DNA of 64,000 nucleotides from Eledone cirrhosa. Its lineage: Eukaryota. The stretch covers positions 35,278,001-35,342,000 of the forward strand of contig OZ024758.1 of assembly GCA_964016885.1 (NCBI GenBank), written 5' to 3'. The notes beneath the pieces are model-generated. The model made no database searches, was not told the origin of the DNA, and saw only the letters and a program-made list of their open reading frames with translations. Shown here piece by piece: positions 24,940 through 39,500 of this stretch. The translations under genes and the position numbers were made by a program. The stretch's first letter is position 1. Each line of letters starts with the position of its first letter.

Positions 24940-27900
24940 ATGGTATTAGCTGTTAGAAGTCACTCCACTGTTGGTGAGAATTCATTTAAGTTCATGGTAC
25001 TAGCTGTCAGAAGTAACCCCAATGTTGGTGAGAATTCATTTAAGTTCATGGTATTAGCTGTCAGAAGTCACTCCAATGTTGGTGAGAATTCATTTAAGTT
25101 CATGGTATTAGCTGTCAGAAGTAACTCCACTGTTGGTGAGAATTCGTTTAAGTTCATGGTATTAGCTGTCAGAAGCAACTCCACTGTTGGTGAGAATTCA
25201 TTTAAGTTCATGGTATTAGCTGTCAGAAGTAACTCCACTGTTGGTGAGAATTCATTTAAGTTCATGGTATTAGCTGTCAGAAGGAACTCCAATGTTGGTG
25301 AGAATTCATTTAAGTCATGGTACTAGCTGTCAGAAGTAACTCCACTGTTGGTGAGAATTCATTTAAGTTCATGGTATTAGCTGTCAGAAGGAACGCCACT
25401 GTTGGTGAGAATTCATTTAAGTTCATGGTATTAGCTGTCAGAAGTAACTCCACTGTTGGTGAGAATTCATTTAAGTTCATGGTACTAGCTGTCAGAAGTA
25501 ACTCCAATGTTGGTGAGAATTCATTTAAGTTCATGGTATTAGCTGTCAGAAGGAACTCCACTGTTGGTGAGAATTCATTTAAGTTCATGGTATTAGCTGT
25601 CAGAAGTAACTCCACTGTTGGTGAGAATTCATTTAAGTTCATGGTACTAGTTGTCAGAAGTAACTCCACTGTTGGTGAGAATTCATTTAAGTTCATGGTA
25701 TTAGTTCGTCAGAAGTAACTCCACTGTTGGTGAGAATTCATTTAAGTCATGGTATTAGTTGTCAGAAGTAACTCCAATGTTGGTGAGAATTCATTTAAGT
25801 CATGGTACTAGCTGTCAGAAGTAACTCCAATGTTGGTGAGAATTCATTTAAGTTCATGGTATTAGCTGTCAGAAGGAACTCCACTGTTGGTGAGAATTCA
25901 TTTAAGTTCATGGTACTAGCTGTCAGAAGTAACTCTAATGTTGGTGAGAATTCATTTAAGTTCATGGTATTAGCTGTCACAAGGAACTCCACTGTTGGTG
26001 AGAATTCCTTTAAGTCATGGTATTAGCTGTCAGAAGTAAATCCAATGTTGGTGAGAATTCATTTAAGTTCATGGTATTAGCTGTCAGAAGTAACTCCACT
26101 GTTGGTGAGAATTCATTTAAGTTCATGGTATTAGCTGTCAGAAGGAACTCCAATGTTGGTGAGAATACATTTAAGTCATGGTACTAGCTGTCAGAAGTAA
26201 CTCCACTGTTGGTGAGAATTCATTTAAGTTCATGGTATTAGCTGTCAGAAGGAACGCCACTGTTGGTGAGAATTCATCTAAGTTCATGGTATTAGCTGTC
26301 AGAAGTAACACCACTGTTGGTGAGAATTCATTTAAGTTCATGGTACTAGCTGTCAGAAGTAACTCCAATGTTGGTGAGAATTCATTAAAGTTCATGGTAT
26401 TAGCTGTCAGAAGTAACTCCACTGTTGGTGAGAATTCATTTAAGTCTTGGTGTTAGTTGTCAGAAGTAACTCCAATGTTGGTGAGAATTCATTTCAGTTC
26501 ATGGTACTAGCTGTCAGAAGTAACCCCAATGTTGGTGAGAATTCATTTAAGTTCATGGTATTAGCTGTCAGAAGTCACTCCAATGTTGGTGAGAATTCAT
26601 TTAAGTTCATGGTATTAGCTGTTAGAAGTCACTCCACTGTTGGTGAGAATTCATTTAAGTTCATGGTACTAGCTGTCAGAAGTAACCCCAATGTTGGTGA
26701 GAATTCATTTAAGTTCATGGTATTAGCTGTCAGAAGTCACTCCAATGTTGGTGAGAATTCATTTAAGTTCATGGTATTAGCTGTCAGAAGTAACTCCACT
26801 GTTGGTGAGAATTCGTTTAAGTTCATGGTATTAGCTGTCAGAAGCAACTCCACTGTTGGTGAGAATTCATTTAAGTTTATGGTATTAGCTGTCAGAAGTA
26901 ACTCCACTGTTGGTGAGAATTCATTTAAGTTCATGGTATTAGCTGTCAGAAGGAACTCCAATGTTGGTGAGAATTCATTTAAGTCATGGTACTAGCTGTC
27001 AGAAGTAACTCCACTGTTGGTGAGAATTCATTTAAGTTCATGGTATTAGCTGTCAGAAGGAACGCCACTGTTGGTGAGAATTCATTTAAGTTCATGGTAT
27101 TTGCTGTCAGAAGTAACTCCACTGTTGGTGAGAATTCATTTAAGTTCATGGTACTAGCTGTCAGAAGTAACTCCAATGTTGGTGGGAATTCATTTAAGTT
27201 CATGGTATTAGCTGTCAGAAGGAACTCCACTGTTGGTGAGAATTCATTTAAGTTCATGGTACTAGCTGTCAGAAGTAACTCTAATGTTGGTGAGAATTCA
27301 TTTAAGATCATGGTATTAGCTGTCACAAGGAACTCCACTGTTGGTGAGAATTCCTTTAAGTCATGGTATTAGCTGTCAGAAGTAAATCCAATGTTGGTGA
27401 GAATTCATTTAAGTTCATGGTATTAGCTGTCAGAAGTAACTCCACTGTTGGTGAGAATTCATTTAAGTTCATGGTATTAGCTGTCAGAAGGAACTCCGAT
27501 GTTGGTGAGAATACATTTAAGTCATGGTACTAGCTGTCAGAAGTAACTCCACTGTTGGTGAGAATTCATTTAAGTTCATGGTATTAGCTGTCAGAAGGAA
27601 CGCCACTGTTGGTGAGAATTCATCTAAGTTCATGGTATTAGCTGTCAGAAGTAACACCACTGTTGGTGAGAATTCATTTAGGTTCATGGTACTAGCTGTC
27701 AGAAGTAACTCCAATGTTGGTGAGAATTCATTTAAGTTCATGGTATTAGCTGTCAGAAGTAACTCCACTGTTGGTGAGAATTCATTTAAGTCTTGGTGTT
27801 AGTTGTCAGAAGTAACTCCAATGTTGGTGAGAATTCATTTAAGTTCATGGTACTAGCTGTCAGAAGTAACCCCAATGTTGGTGAGAATTCATTTAAGTTC

Positions 27901-29500
27901 ATGGTATTAGCTGTCAGAAGTCACTCCAATGTTGGTGAGAATTCATTTAAGTTCATGGTATTAGCTGTTAGAAGTCACTCCACTGTTGGTGAGAATTCAT
28001 TTAAGTTCATGGTACTAGCTGTCAGAAGTAACCCCAATGTTGGTGAGAATTCATTTAAGTTCATGGTATTAGCTGTCAGAAGTCACTCCAATGTTGGTGA
28101 GAATTCATTTAAGTTCATGGTATTAGCTGTCAGAAGTAACTCCACTGTTGGTGAGAATTCGTTTAAGTTCATGGTATTAGCTGTCAGAAGCAACTCCACT
28201 GTTGGTGAGAATTCATTTAAGTTCATGGTATTAGCTGTCAGAAGTAACTCCACTGTTGGTGAGAATTCATTTAAGTTCATGGTATTAGCTGTCAGAAGGA
28301 ACTCCAATGTTGGTGAGAATTCATTTAAGTCATGGTACTAGCTGTCAGAAGTAACTCCACTGTTGGTGAGAATTCATTTAAGTTCATGGTATTAGCTGTC
28401 AGAAGGAACGCCACTGTTGGTGAGAATTCATTTAAGTTCATGGTATTAGCTGTCAGAAGTAACTCCACTGTTGGTGAGAATTCATTTAAGTTCATGGTAC
28501 TAGCTGTCAGAAGTAACTCCAATGTTGGTGAGAATTCATTTAAGTTCATGGTATTAGCTGTCAGAAGGAACTCCACTGTTGGTGAGAATTCATTTAAGAT
28601 CATGGTATTAGCTGTCAGAAGTAACTCCACTGTTGGTGAGAATTCATTTAAGTTCATGGTACTAGTTGTCAGAAGTAACTCCACTGTTGGTGAGAATTCA
28701 TTTAAGTTCATGGTATTAGTTCGTCAGAAGTAACTCCACTGTTGGTGAGAATTCATTTAAGTCATGGTATTAGTTGTCAGAAGTAACTCCAATGTTGGTG
28801 AGAATTCATTTAAGTCATGGTACTAGCTGTCAGAAGTAACTCCAATGTTGGTGAGAATTCATTTAAGTTCATGGTATTAGCTGTCAGAAGGAACTCCACT
28901 GTTGGTGAGAATTCATTTAAGTTCATGGTACTAGCTGTCAGAAGTAACTCTAATGTTGGTGAGAATTCATTTAAGTGCATGGTATTAGCTGTCACAAGGA
29001 ACTCCACTGTTGGTGAGAATTCCTTTAAGTCATGGTATTAGCTGTCAGAAGTAAATCCAATGTTGGTGAGAATTCATTTAAGTTCATGGTATTAGCTGTC
29101 AGAAGTAACTCCACTGTTGGTGAGAATTCATTTAAGTTCATGGTATTAGCTGTCAGAAGGAACTCCAATGTTGGTGAGAATTCATTTAAGTCATGGTACT
29201 AGCTGTCAGAAGTAACTCCACTGTTGGTGAGAATTCATTTAAGTTCATGGTATTAGCTGTCAGAAGGAACGCCACTGTTGGTGAGAATTCATCTAAGTTC
29301 ATGGTATTAGCTGTCAGAGGTAACACCACTGTTGGTGAGAATTCATTTAAGTTCATGGTACTAGCTGTCAGAAGTAACTCCAATGTTGGTGAGAATTCAT
29401 TTAAGTTCATGGTATTAGCTGTCAGAAGTAACTCCACTGTTGGTGAGAATTCATTTAAGTCTTGGTGTTAGTTGTCAGAAGTAACTCCAATGTTGGTGAG
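24940..29500. repeat. Nested duplications with 1,346-bp (25-mer) and 3,015-bp (56-mer) offsets
   Basis: ORF offsets of 1,346: 26178/27524, 26447/27793, 26986/28332. Offsets of 3,015: 25317/28332, 25802/28817, 26178/29193. Shared variants include CTCTAAT, GTCACAAGG, TTCCTTT, GTAAATCC, CATCTAAG and AACACC. Confidence 0.83.
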
Positions 29501-29519
29501 AATTCATTTAAGTTCATGG

Positions 29520-32500
29520 TACTAGCTGTCAGAAGTAACTCCACTGTTGGTGAGAATTCATTTAAGTCCATGGTACTAGCTGTCAGAAGTAACTCCAATG
29601 TTGGTGAGAATTCATTTAAGTTCATGGTATTAGCTGTCAGAAGTAACTCCAATGTTGGTGAGAATTCATTTAAGTTCATGGTATTAGCTGTCAGAAGGAA
29701 CTCCACTGTTGGTGAGAATTCATTTAAGTCTTGGTATTAGTTGTCAGAAGTAACTCCAATGTTGGTGAGAATTCATTTAAGGTCATGGTACTAGCTGTCA
29801 GAAGTAACTCCACTGTTGGTGAGAATTCATTTAAGTTCATGGTACTAGCTGTCAGAAGTAACTCCAATGTTGGTGAGAATTCATTTAAGTTCATGGTATT
29901 AGCTGTCAGAAGTAACTCCACTGTTGGTGAGAATTCATTTAAGTTCATGGTACTAGCTGTCAGAAGTAACTCCACTGTTGGTGAGAATTCATTTAAGTTC
30001 ATGGTATTAGCTGTCAGAAGTAACTCCACTGTTGGTGAGAATTCATTTAAGTTCATGGTACTAGCTGTCAGAAGTAACCCCAATGTTGGTGAGAATTCAT
30101 TTAAGTTCATGGTATTAGCTGTCAGTAGTCACTCCAATGTTGGTGAGAATTCATTTAAGTTCATGGTATTAGCTGTCAGAAGTCACTCCACTGTTGGTGA
30201 GAATTCATTTAAGTTCATGGTACTAGCTGTCAGAAGTAACCCCAATGTTGGTGAGAATTCATTTAAGTTCATGGTATTAGCTGTCAGAAGTCACTCCAAT
30301 GTTGGTGAGAATTCATTTAAGTTCATGGTATTAGCTGTCAGAAGTAACTCCACTGTTGGTGAGAATTCATTTAAGTTCATGGTATTAGCTGTCAGAAGTC
30401 ACTCCACTGTTGGTGAGAATTCATTTAAGTTCATGGTATTAGCTGTCAGAAGTAACTCCACTGTTGGTGAGAATTCATTTAAGTTCATGGTATTAGCTGT
30501 CAGAAGGAACTCCACTGTTGGTGAGAATTCATTTAAGTCTTGGTGTTAGTTGTCAGAAGTAACTCCAATGTTGGTGAGAATTCATTTAAGTTCATGGTAC
30601 TAGCTGTCAGAAGTAACTCCACTGTTGGTGAGAATTCATTTAAGTTCATGGTACTAGCTGTCAGAAGTAACTCCAATGTTGGTGAGAATTCATTTAAGTT
30701 CATGGTATTAGCTGTCAGAAGTAACTCCAATGTTGGTGAGAATTCATTTAAGTTCATGGTATTAGCTGTCAGAAGGAACTCCACTGTTGGTGAGAATTCA
30801 TTTAAGTCTTGGTATTAGTTGTCAGAAGTAACTCCAATGTTGGTGAGAATTCATTTAAGTTCATGGTACTAGCTGCCAGAAGTAACTCCACTGTTGGTGA
30901 GAATTCATTTAAGTTCATGGTACTAGCTGTCAGAAGTAACTCCAATGTTGGTGAGAATTCATTTAAGTTCATGGTATTAGCTGTCAGAAGTAACTCCACT
31001 GTTGGTGAGAATTCATTTAAGTTCATGGTACTAGCTGTCAGAAGTCACTCCAATGTTGGTGAGAATGCATTTAAGTTCATGGTATTAGCTGTCAGAAGTA
31101 ACTCCACTGTTGGTGAGAATTCATTTAAGTTCATGGTATTAGCTCTCAGAAGTAACTCCACTGTTGGTGAGAATTCATTTAAGTTCATGGTATTAGCTGT
31201 CAGAAGGAACTCCACTGTTGGTGAGAATTCATTTAAGTCTTGGTGTTAGCTGTCAGAAGTCACTCCAATGTTGGTGAGAATTCATTTAAGTTCATGGTAT
31301 TAGCTGTTAGAAGTCACTCCACTGTTGGTGAGAATTCATTTAAGTTCATGGTACTAGCTGTCAGAAGTAACCCCAATGTTGGTGAGAATTCATTTAAGTT
31401 CATGGTATTAGCTGTCAGAAGTCACTCCAATGTTGGTGAGAATTCATTTAAGTTCATGGTATTAGCTGTCAGAAGTAACTCCACTGTTGGTGAGAATTCG
31501 TTTAAGTTCATGGTATTAGCTGTCAGAAGCAACTCCACTGTTGGTGAGAATTCATTTAAGTTCATGGTATTAGCTGTCAGAAGTAACTCCACTGTTGGTG
31601 AGAATTCATTTAAGTTCATGGTATTAGCTGTCAGAAGGAACTCCAATGTTGGTGAGAATTCATTTAAGTCATGGTACTAGCTGTCAGAAGTAACTCCACT
31701 GTTGGTGAGAATTCATTTAAGTTCATGGTATTAGCTGTCAGAAGGAACTCCACTGTTGGTGAGAATTCATTTAAGTTCATGGTATTAGCTGTCAGAAGTA
31801 ACTCCACTGTTGGTGAGAATTCATTTAAGTTCATGGTACTAGTTGTCAGAAGTAACTCCACTGTTGGTGAGAATTCATTTAAGTTCATGGTATTAGTTCG
31901 TCAGAAGTAACTCCACTGTTGGTGAGAATTCATTTAAGTCATGGTATTAGTTGTCAGAAGTAACTCCAATGTTGGTGAGAATTCATTTAAGTCATGGTAC
32001 TAGCTGTCAGAAGTAACTCCAATGTTGGTGAGAATTCATTTAAGTTCATGGTATTAGCTGTCAGAAGGAACTCCACTGTTGGTGAGAATTCATTTAAGTT
32101 CATGGTACTAGCTGTCAGAAGTAACTCTAATGTTGGTGAGAATTCATTTAAGTTCATGGTATTAGCTGTCACAAGGAACTCCACTGTTGGTGAGAATTCA
32201 TTTAAGTCATGGTATTAGCTGTCAGAAGTAAATCCAATGTTGGTGAGAATTCATTTAAGTTCATGGTATTAGCTGTCAGAAGTAACTCCACTGTTGGTGA
32301 GAATTCATTTAAGTTCATGGTATTAGCTGTCAGAAGGAACTCCAATGTTGATGAGAATTCATTTAAGTCATGGTACTAGCTGTCAGAAGTAACTCCACTG
32401 TTGGTGAGAATTCATTTAAGTTCATGGTATTAGCTGTCAGAAGTAACTCCACTGTTGGTGAGAATTCATTTAAGTTCATGGTACTAGCTGTCAGAAGTAA

Positions 32501-33930
32501 CTCCACTGTTGGTGAGAATTCATTTAAGTTCATGGTACTAGCTGTCAGAAGTAACTCCAATGTTGGTGAGAATTCATTTAAGTTCATGGTATTAGCTGTC
32601 AGAAGTAACTCCAATGTTGGTGAGAATTCATTTAAGTTCATGGTATTAGCTGTCAGAAGGAACTCCACTGTTGGTGAGAATTCATTTAAGTCTTGGTATT
32701 AGTTGTCAGAAGTAACTCCAATGTTGGTGAGAATTCATTTAAGTTCATGGTACTAGCTGTCAGAAGTAACTCCACTGTTGGTGAGAATTCATTTAAGTTC
32801 ATGGTACTAGCTGCCAGAAGTAACTCCAATGTTGGTGAGAATTCATTTAAGTTCATTGTATTAGCTGTCAGAAGTAACTCCACTGTTGGTGAGAATTCAT
32901 TTAAGTTCATGTTACTGGCTGTCAGAAGTAACTCCACTGTTGGTGAGAATTCATTTAAGTTCATGGTATTAGCTGTCAGAAGTAACTCCACTGTTGGTGA
33001 GAATTCATTTAAGTTCATGGTACTAGCTGTCAGAAGTAACCCCAATGTTGGTGAGAATTCATTTAAGTTCATGGTATTAGCTGTCAGAAGTCACTCCAAT
33101 GTTGGTGAGAATTCATTTAAGTTCATGGTATTAGCTGTCAGAAGTCACTCCACTGTTGGTGAGAATTCATTTAAGTTCATGGTACTAGCTGTCAGAAGTA
33201 ACCCCAATGTTGGTGAGAATTCATTTAAGTTCATGGTATTAGCTGTCAGAAGTCACTCCAATGTTGGTGAGAATTCATTTAAGTTCATGGTATTAGCTGT
33301 CAGAAGTAACTCCACTGTTGGTGAGAATTCATTTAAGTTCATGGTATTAGCTGTCAGAAGTAACTCCACTGTTGGTGAGAATTCATTTAAGTTCATGGTA
33401 TTAGCTGTCAGAAGTAACTCCACTGTTGGTGAGAATTCATTTAAGTTCATGGTATTAGCTGTGAGAAGGAACTCCACTGTTGGTGAGAATTCATTTAAGT
33501 CTTGGTGTTAGTTGTCAGAAGTAACTCCAATGTTGGTGAGAATTCATTTAAGTTCATGGTACTAGCTGTCAGAAGTAACTCCACTGTTGGTGAGAATTCA
33601 TTTAAGTTCATGGTACTAGCTGTCAGAAGTAACTCCAATGTTGGTGAGAATTCATTTAAGTTCATGGTATTAGCTGTCAGAAGTAACTCCAATGTTGGTG
33701 AGAATTCATTTAAGTTCATGGTATTAGCTGTCAGAAGGAACTCCACTGTTGGTGAGAATTCATTTAAGTCTTGGTATTAGTTGTCAGAAGTAACTCCAAT
33801 GTTGGTGAGAATTCATTTAAGTTCATGGTACTAGCTGTCAGAAGTAACTCCACTGTTGGTGAGAATTCATTTAAGTTCATGGTACTAGCTGTCAGAAGTA
33901 ACTCCAATGTTGGTGAGAATTCATTTAAGT
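29520..33930. repeat. Duplication with 2,962-bp offset (55 monomers)
   Basis: ORF offsets are 29731/32693, 30540/33502 and 30809/33771. Monomer order is the same, with several private substitutions in each copy. Confidence 0.78.
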
Positions 33931-35999
33931 TCATGGTACTAGCTGTCAGAAGTAACTACACTGTTGGTGAGAATTCATTTAAGTTCATGGTATTAGCTGT
34001 CAGAAGTAACTCCACTGTTGGTGAGAATTCATTTAAGTTCATGGTACTAGCTGTCAGAAGTAACCCCAATGTTGGTGAGAATTCATTTAAGTCATGGTAT
34101 TAGCTGTCAGAAGTCACTCCAATGTTGGTGAGAATTCATTTAAGTTCATGGTATTAGCTGTCAGAAGTCACTCCACTGTTGGTGAGAATTCATTTAAGTT
34201 CATGGTACTAGCTGTCAGAAGTAACCCCAATGTTGGTGAGAATTCATTGAAGTTCATGGTATTAGCTGTCAGAAGTCACTCCAATGTTGGTGAGAATTCA
34301 TTTAAGTTCATGGTATTAGCTGTCAGAAGTAACTCCACTGTTGGTGAGAATTCATTTAAGTTCATGGTATTAGCTGTCAGAAGTAACTCCACTGTTGGTG
34401 AGAATTCATTTAAGTTCATGGTATTAGCTGTCAGAAGGAACTCCAATGTTGGTGAGAATTCATTTAAGTCATGGTACTAGCTGTCAGAAGTAACTCCACT
34501 GTTGGTGAGAATTCATTTAAGTTCATGGTATTAGCTGTCAGAAGTAACTCCACTGTTGGTGAGAATTCATTTAAGTTCATGGTACTAGCTGTCAGAAGTA
34601 ACCCCAATGTTGGTGAGAATTCATTTAAGTTCATGGTATTAGCTGTCAGAGGTCACTCCAATGTTGGTGAGAATTCATTTAAGTTCATGGTATTAGCTGT
34701 CAGAAGTCACTCCACTGTTGGTGAGAATTCATTTAAGTTCATGGTACTAGCTGTCAGAAGTAACCCCAATGTTGGTGAGAATTCATTTAAGTTCATGGTA
34801 TTAGCTGTCAGAAGTCACTCCAATGTTGGTGAGAATTCATTTAAGTTCATGGTATTAGCTGTCAGAAGTAACTCCACTGTTGGTGAGAATTCATTTAAGT
34901 TCATGGTATTAGCTGTCAGAAGTAACTCCACTGTTGGTGAGAATTCATTTAAGTTCATGGTATTAGCTGTCAGAAGTAACTCCACTGTTGGTGAGAATTC
35001 ATTTAAGTTCATGGTATTAGCTGTCAGAAGGAACTCCAATGTTGGTGAGAATTCATTTAAGTCATGGTACTAGCTGTCAGAAGTAACTCCACTGTTGGTG
35101 AGAATTCATTTAAGTTCATGGTATTAGCTGTCAGAAGGAACGCCACTGTTGGTGAGAATTCATTTAAGCTCATGGTACTAGTTGTCAGAAGTAACTCCAC
35201 TGTTGGTGAGAATTCATTTAAGTTCATGGTATTAGCTGTCAGAAGTAACTCCACTGTTGGTGAGAATTCATTTAAGTCATGGTATTAGTTGTCAGAAGTA
35301 ACTCCAATGTTGGTGAGAATTCATTTAAGTTCATGGTTCTAGCTGTCAGAAGTAACTCCACTGTTGGTGAGAATTCATTTAAGTTCATGGTATTAGCTGT
35401 CAGAAGTAACTCCACTGTTGGTGAGAATTCATTTAAGTCATGGTATTAGCTGTCAGAAGTAACTCCATTGTTGGTGAGAATTCATTTAAGTCATGGTACT
35501 AGCTGTCAGAAGTAACTCCACTGTTGGTGAGAATTCATTTAAGTTCATGGTATTAGCTGTCAGAAGGAACTCCACTGTTGGTGAGAATTCATTTAAGTTC
35601 ATGGTACTAGCTGTCAGAAGTAACTCCACTGTTGGTAAGAATTCATTTAAGTTCATGGTATTAGTTCGTCAGAAGTAACTCCACTGTTGGTGAGAATTCA
35701 TTTAAGTCATGGTATTAGTTGTCAGAAGTAACTCCAATGTTGGTGAGAATTCATTTAAGTCATGGTACTAGCTGTCAGAAGTAACTCCAATGTTGGTGAG
35801 AATTCATTTAAGTTCATGGTATTAGCTGTCAGAAGGAACTCCACTGTTGGTGAGAATTCATTTAAGTTCATGGTACTAGCTGTCAGAAGTAACTCCAATG
35901 TTGGTGAGAATTCATTTAAGTTCATGGTATTAGCTGTCAGAAGGAACTCCACTGTTGGTGAGAATTCATTTAAGTCATGGTATTAGCTGTCAGAAGTAA

Positions 36000-38900
36000 C
36001 TCCAATGTTGGTGAGAATTCATTTAAGTTCATGGTATTAGCTGTCAGAAGTAACTCCACTGTTGGTGAGAATTCATTTAAGTTCATGGTATTAGCTGTCA
36101 GAAGGAACTCCAATGTTGGTGAGAATTCATTTAAGTCATGGTACTAGCTGTCAGAAGTAACTCCACTGTTGGTGAGAATTCATTTAAGTTCATGGTATTA
36201 GCTGTCAGAAGGAACGCCACTGTTGGTGAGAATTCATTTAAGTTCATGGTATTAGCTGTCAGAAGTAACTCCACTGTTGGTGAGAATTCATTTAAGTTCA
36301 TGGTACTAGCTGTCAGAAGTAACTCCAATGTTGGTGAGAATTCATTTAAGTTCATGGTATTAGCTGTCAGAAGGAACTCCACTGTTGGTGAGAATTCATT
36401 TAAGTCTTGGTATTAGTTGTCAGAAGTAACTCCAATGTTGGTGAGAATTCATTTAAGTTCATGGTACTAGCTGTCAGAAGTAACTCCACTGTTGGTGAGA
36501 ATTCATTTAAGTTCGTGGTACTAGCTGTCAGAAGTAACTCCAATGTTGGTGAGAATTCATTTAAGTTCATGGTATTAGCTGTCAGAAGTAACTCAACTGT
36601 TGGTGAGAATTCATTTAAGTTCATGGTACTAGCTGTCAGAAGTAACTCCACTGTTGGTGAGAATTCATTTAAGTTCATGGTATTAGCTGTCAGAAGTAAC
36701 TCCACTGTTGGTGAGAATTCATTTAAGTTCATGGTACTAGCTGTCAGAAGTAACCCCAATGTTGGTGAGAATTCATTTAAGTTCATGGTATTAGCTGTCA
36801 GAAGTCACTCCAATGTTGGTGAGAATTCATTTAAGTTCATGGTATTAGCTGTCAGAAGTAACTCCACTGTTGGTGAGAATTCATTTAAGTTCATGGTACT
36901 AGCTGTCAGAAGTAACCCCAATGTTGGTGAGAATTCATTTAAGTTCATGGTATTAGCTGTCAGAAGTCACTCCACTGTTGGTGAGAATTCATTTAAGTTC
37001 ATGGTACTAGCTGTCAGAAGTAACCCCAATGTTGGTGAGAATTCATTTAAGTTCATGGTATTAGCTGTCAGAAGTCACTCCAATGTTGGTGAGAATTCAT
37101 TTAAGTTCATGGTATTAGCTGTCAGAAGTAACTCCACTGTTGGTGAGAATTCATTTAAGTTCATGGTATTAGCTGTCAGAAGTAACTCCACTGTTGGTGA
37201 GAATTCATTTAAGTTCATGGTATTAGCTGTCAGAAGGAACTCCACTGTTGGTGAGAATTCATTTAAGTCTTGGTGTTAGTTGTCAGAAGTAACTCCAATG
37301 TTGGTGAGAATTCATTTAAGTTCATGGTACTAGCTGTCAGAAGTAACTCCACTGTTGGTGAGAATTCATTTAAGTTCATGGTATTAGCTGTCAGAAGTAA
37401 CTCCACTTTTGGTGAGAATTCATTTAAGTTCATGGTATTAGCTGTCAGAAGTAACTCCACTGTTGGTGAGAATTCATTTAAGTTCATGGTATTAGCTGTC
37501 AGAAGGAACTCCAATGTTGGTGAGAATTCATTTAAGTCATGGTACTAGCTGTCAGAAGTAACTCCAATGTTGGTGAGAATTCATTTAAGTTCATGGTATT
37601 AGCTGTCAGAAGTAACTCCACTGTTGGTGAGAATTCATTTAAGTTCATGGTATTAGCTGTCAGAAGTAACTCCACTGTTGGTGAGAATTCATTTAAGTTC
37701 ATGGTATTAGCTGTCAGAAGGAACTCCAATGTTGGTGAGAATTCATTTAAGTCATGGTACTAGCTGTCAGAAGTAACTCCACTGTTGGTGAGAATTCATT
37801 TAAGTTCATGGTATTAGCTGTCAGAAGGAACGCCACTGTTGGTGAGAATTCATTTAAGTTCATGGTATTAGCTGTCAGAAGTAACTCCACTGTTGGTGAG
37901 AATTCATTTAAGTTCATGGTACTAGCTGTCAGAAGTAACTCCAATGTTGGTGAGAATTCATTTAAGTTCATGGTATTAGCTGTCAGAAGGAACTCCACTG
38001 TTGGTGAGAATTCATTTAAGTCTTGGTATTAGTTGTCAGAAGTAACTCCAATGTTGGTGAGAATTCATTTAAGTTCATGGTACTAGCTGTCAGAAGTAAC
38101 TCCACTGTTGGTGAGAATTCATTTAAGTTCATGGTACTAGCTGTCAGAAGTAACTCCAATGTTGGTGAGAATTCATTTAAGTTCATGGTATTAGCTGTCA
38201 GAAGTAACTCCACTGTTGGTGAGAATTCATTTAAGTTCATGGTACTAGCTGTCAGAAGTAACTCCACTGTTGGTGAGAATTCATTTAAGTTCATGGTATT
38301 AGCTGTCAGAAGTAACTCCACTGTTGGTGAGAATTCATTTAAGTTCATGGTACTAGCTGTCAGAAGTAACCCCAATGTTGGTGAGAATTCATTTAAGTTC
38401 ATGGTATTAGCTGTCAGAAGTCACTCCAATGTTGGTGAGAATTCATTTAAGTTCATGGTATTAGCTGTCAGAAGTAACTACACTGTTGGTGAGAATTCAT
38501 TTAAGTTCATGGTACTAGCTGTCAGAAGTAACCCCAATGTTGGTGAGAATTCATTTAAGTTCATGGTATTAGCTGTCAGAAGTCACTCCACTGTTGGTGA
38601 GAATTCATTTAAGTTCATGGTACTAGCTGTCAGAAGTAACCCCAATGTTGGTGAGAATTCATTTAAGTTCATGGTATTAGCTGTCAGAAGTCACTCCAAT
38701 GTTGGTGAGAATTCATTTAAGTTCATGGTATTAGCTGTCAGAAGTAACTCCACTGTTGGTGAGAATTCATTTAAGTTCATGGTATTAGCTGTCAGAAGTA
38801 ACTCCACTGTTGGTGAGAATTCATTTAAGTTCATGGTATTAGCTGTCAGAAGGAACTCCACTGTTGGTGAGAATTCATTTAAGTCTTGGTGTTAGTTGTC

Positions 38901-39500
38901 AGAGGTAACTCCAATGTTGGTGAGAATTCATTTAAGTTCATGGTACTAGCTGTCAGAAGTAACTCCACTGTTGGTGAGAATTCATTTAAGTTCATGGTAT
39001 TTGCTGTCAGAAGTAACTCCACTTTTGGTGAGAATTCATTTAAGTTCATGGTATTAGCTGTCAGAAGTAACTCCACTGTTGGTGAGAATTCATTTAAGTT
39101 CATGGTATTAGCTGTCAGAAGGAACTCCAATGTTGGTGAGAATTCATTTAAGTCATGGTACTAGCTGTCAGAAGTAACTCCAATGTTGGTGAGAATTCAT
39201 TTATGTTCATGGTATTAGCTGTCAGAAGTAACTCCACTGTTGGTGAGAATTCATTTAAGTTCATGGTATTAGCTGTCAGAAGTAACTCCACTGTTGGTGA
39301 GAATTCATTTAAGTTCATGGTATTAGCTGTCAGAAGGAACTCCAATGTTGGTGAGAATTCATTTAAGTCATGGTACTAGCTGTCAGAAGTAACTCCACTG
39401 TTGGTGAGAATTCATTTAAGTTCATGGTATTAGCTGTCAGAAGGAACGCCACTGTTGGTGAGAATTCATTTAAGTTCATGGTATTAGCTGTCAGAAGTAA
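36000..39500. repeat. Tandem higher-order repeat with 1,616-bp period (30 monomers)
   Basis: ORF offsets are 36138/37754, 36407/38023, 37270/38886, 37539/39155 and 37754/39370. The ACTTTTGG variant is shared (~37405/39021). Confidence 0.87.
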
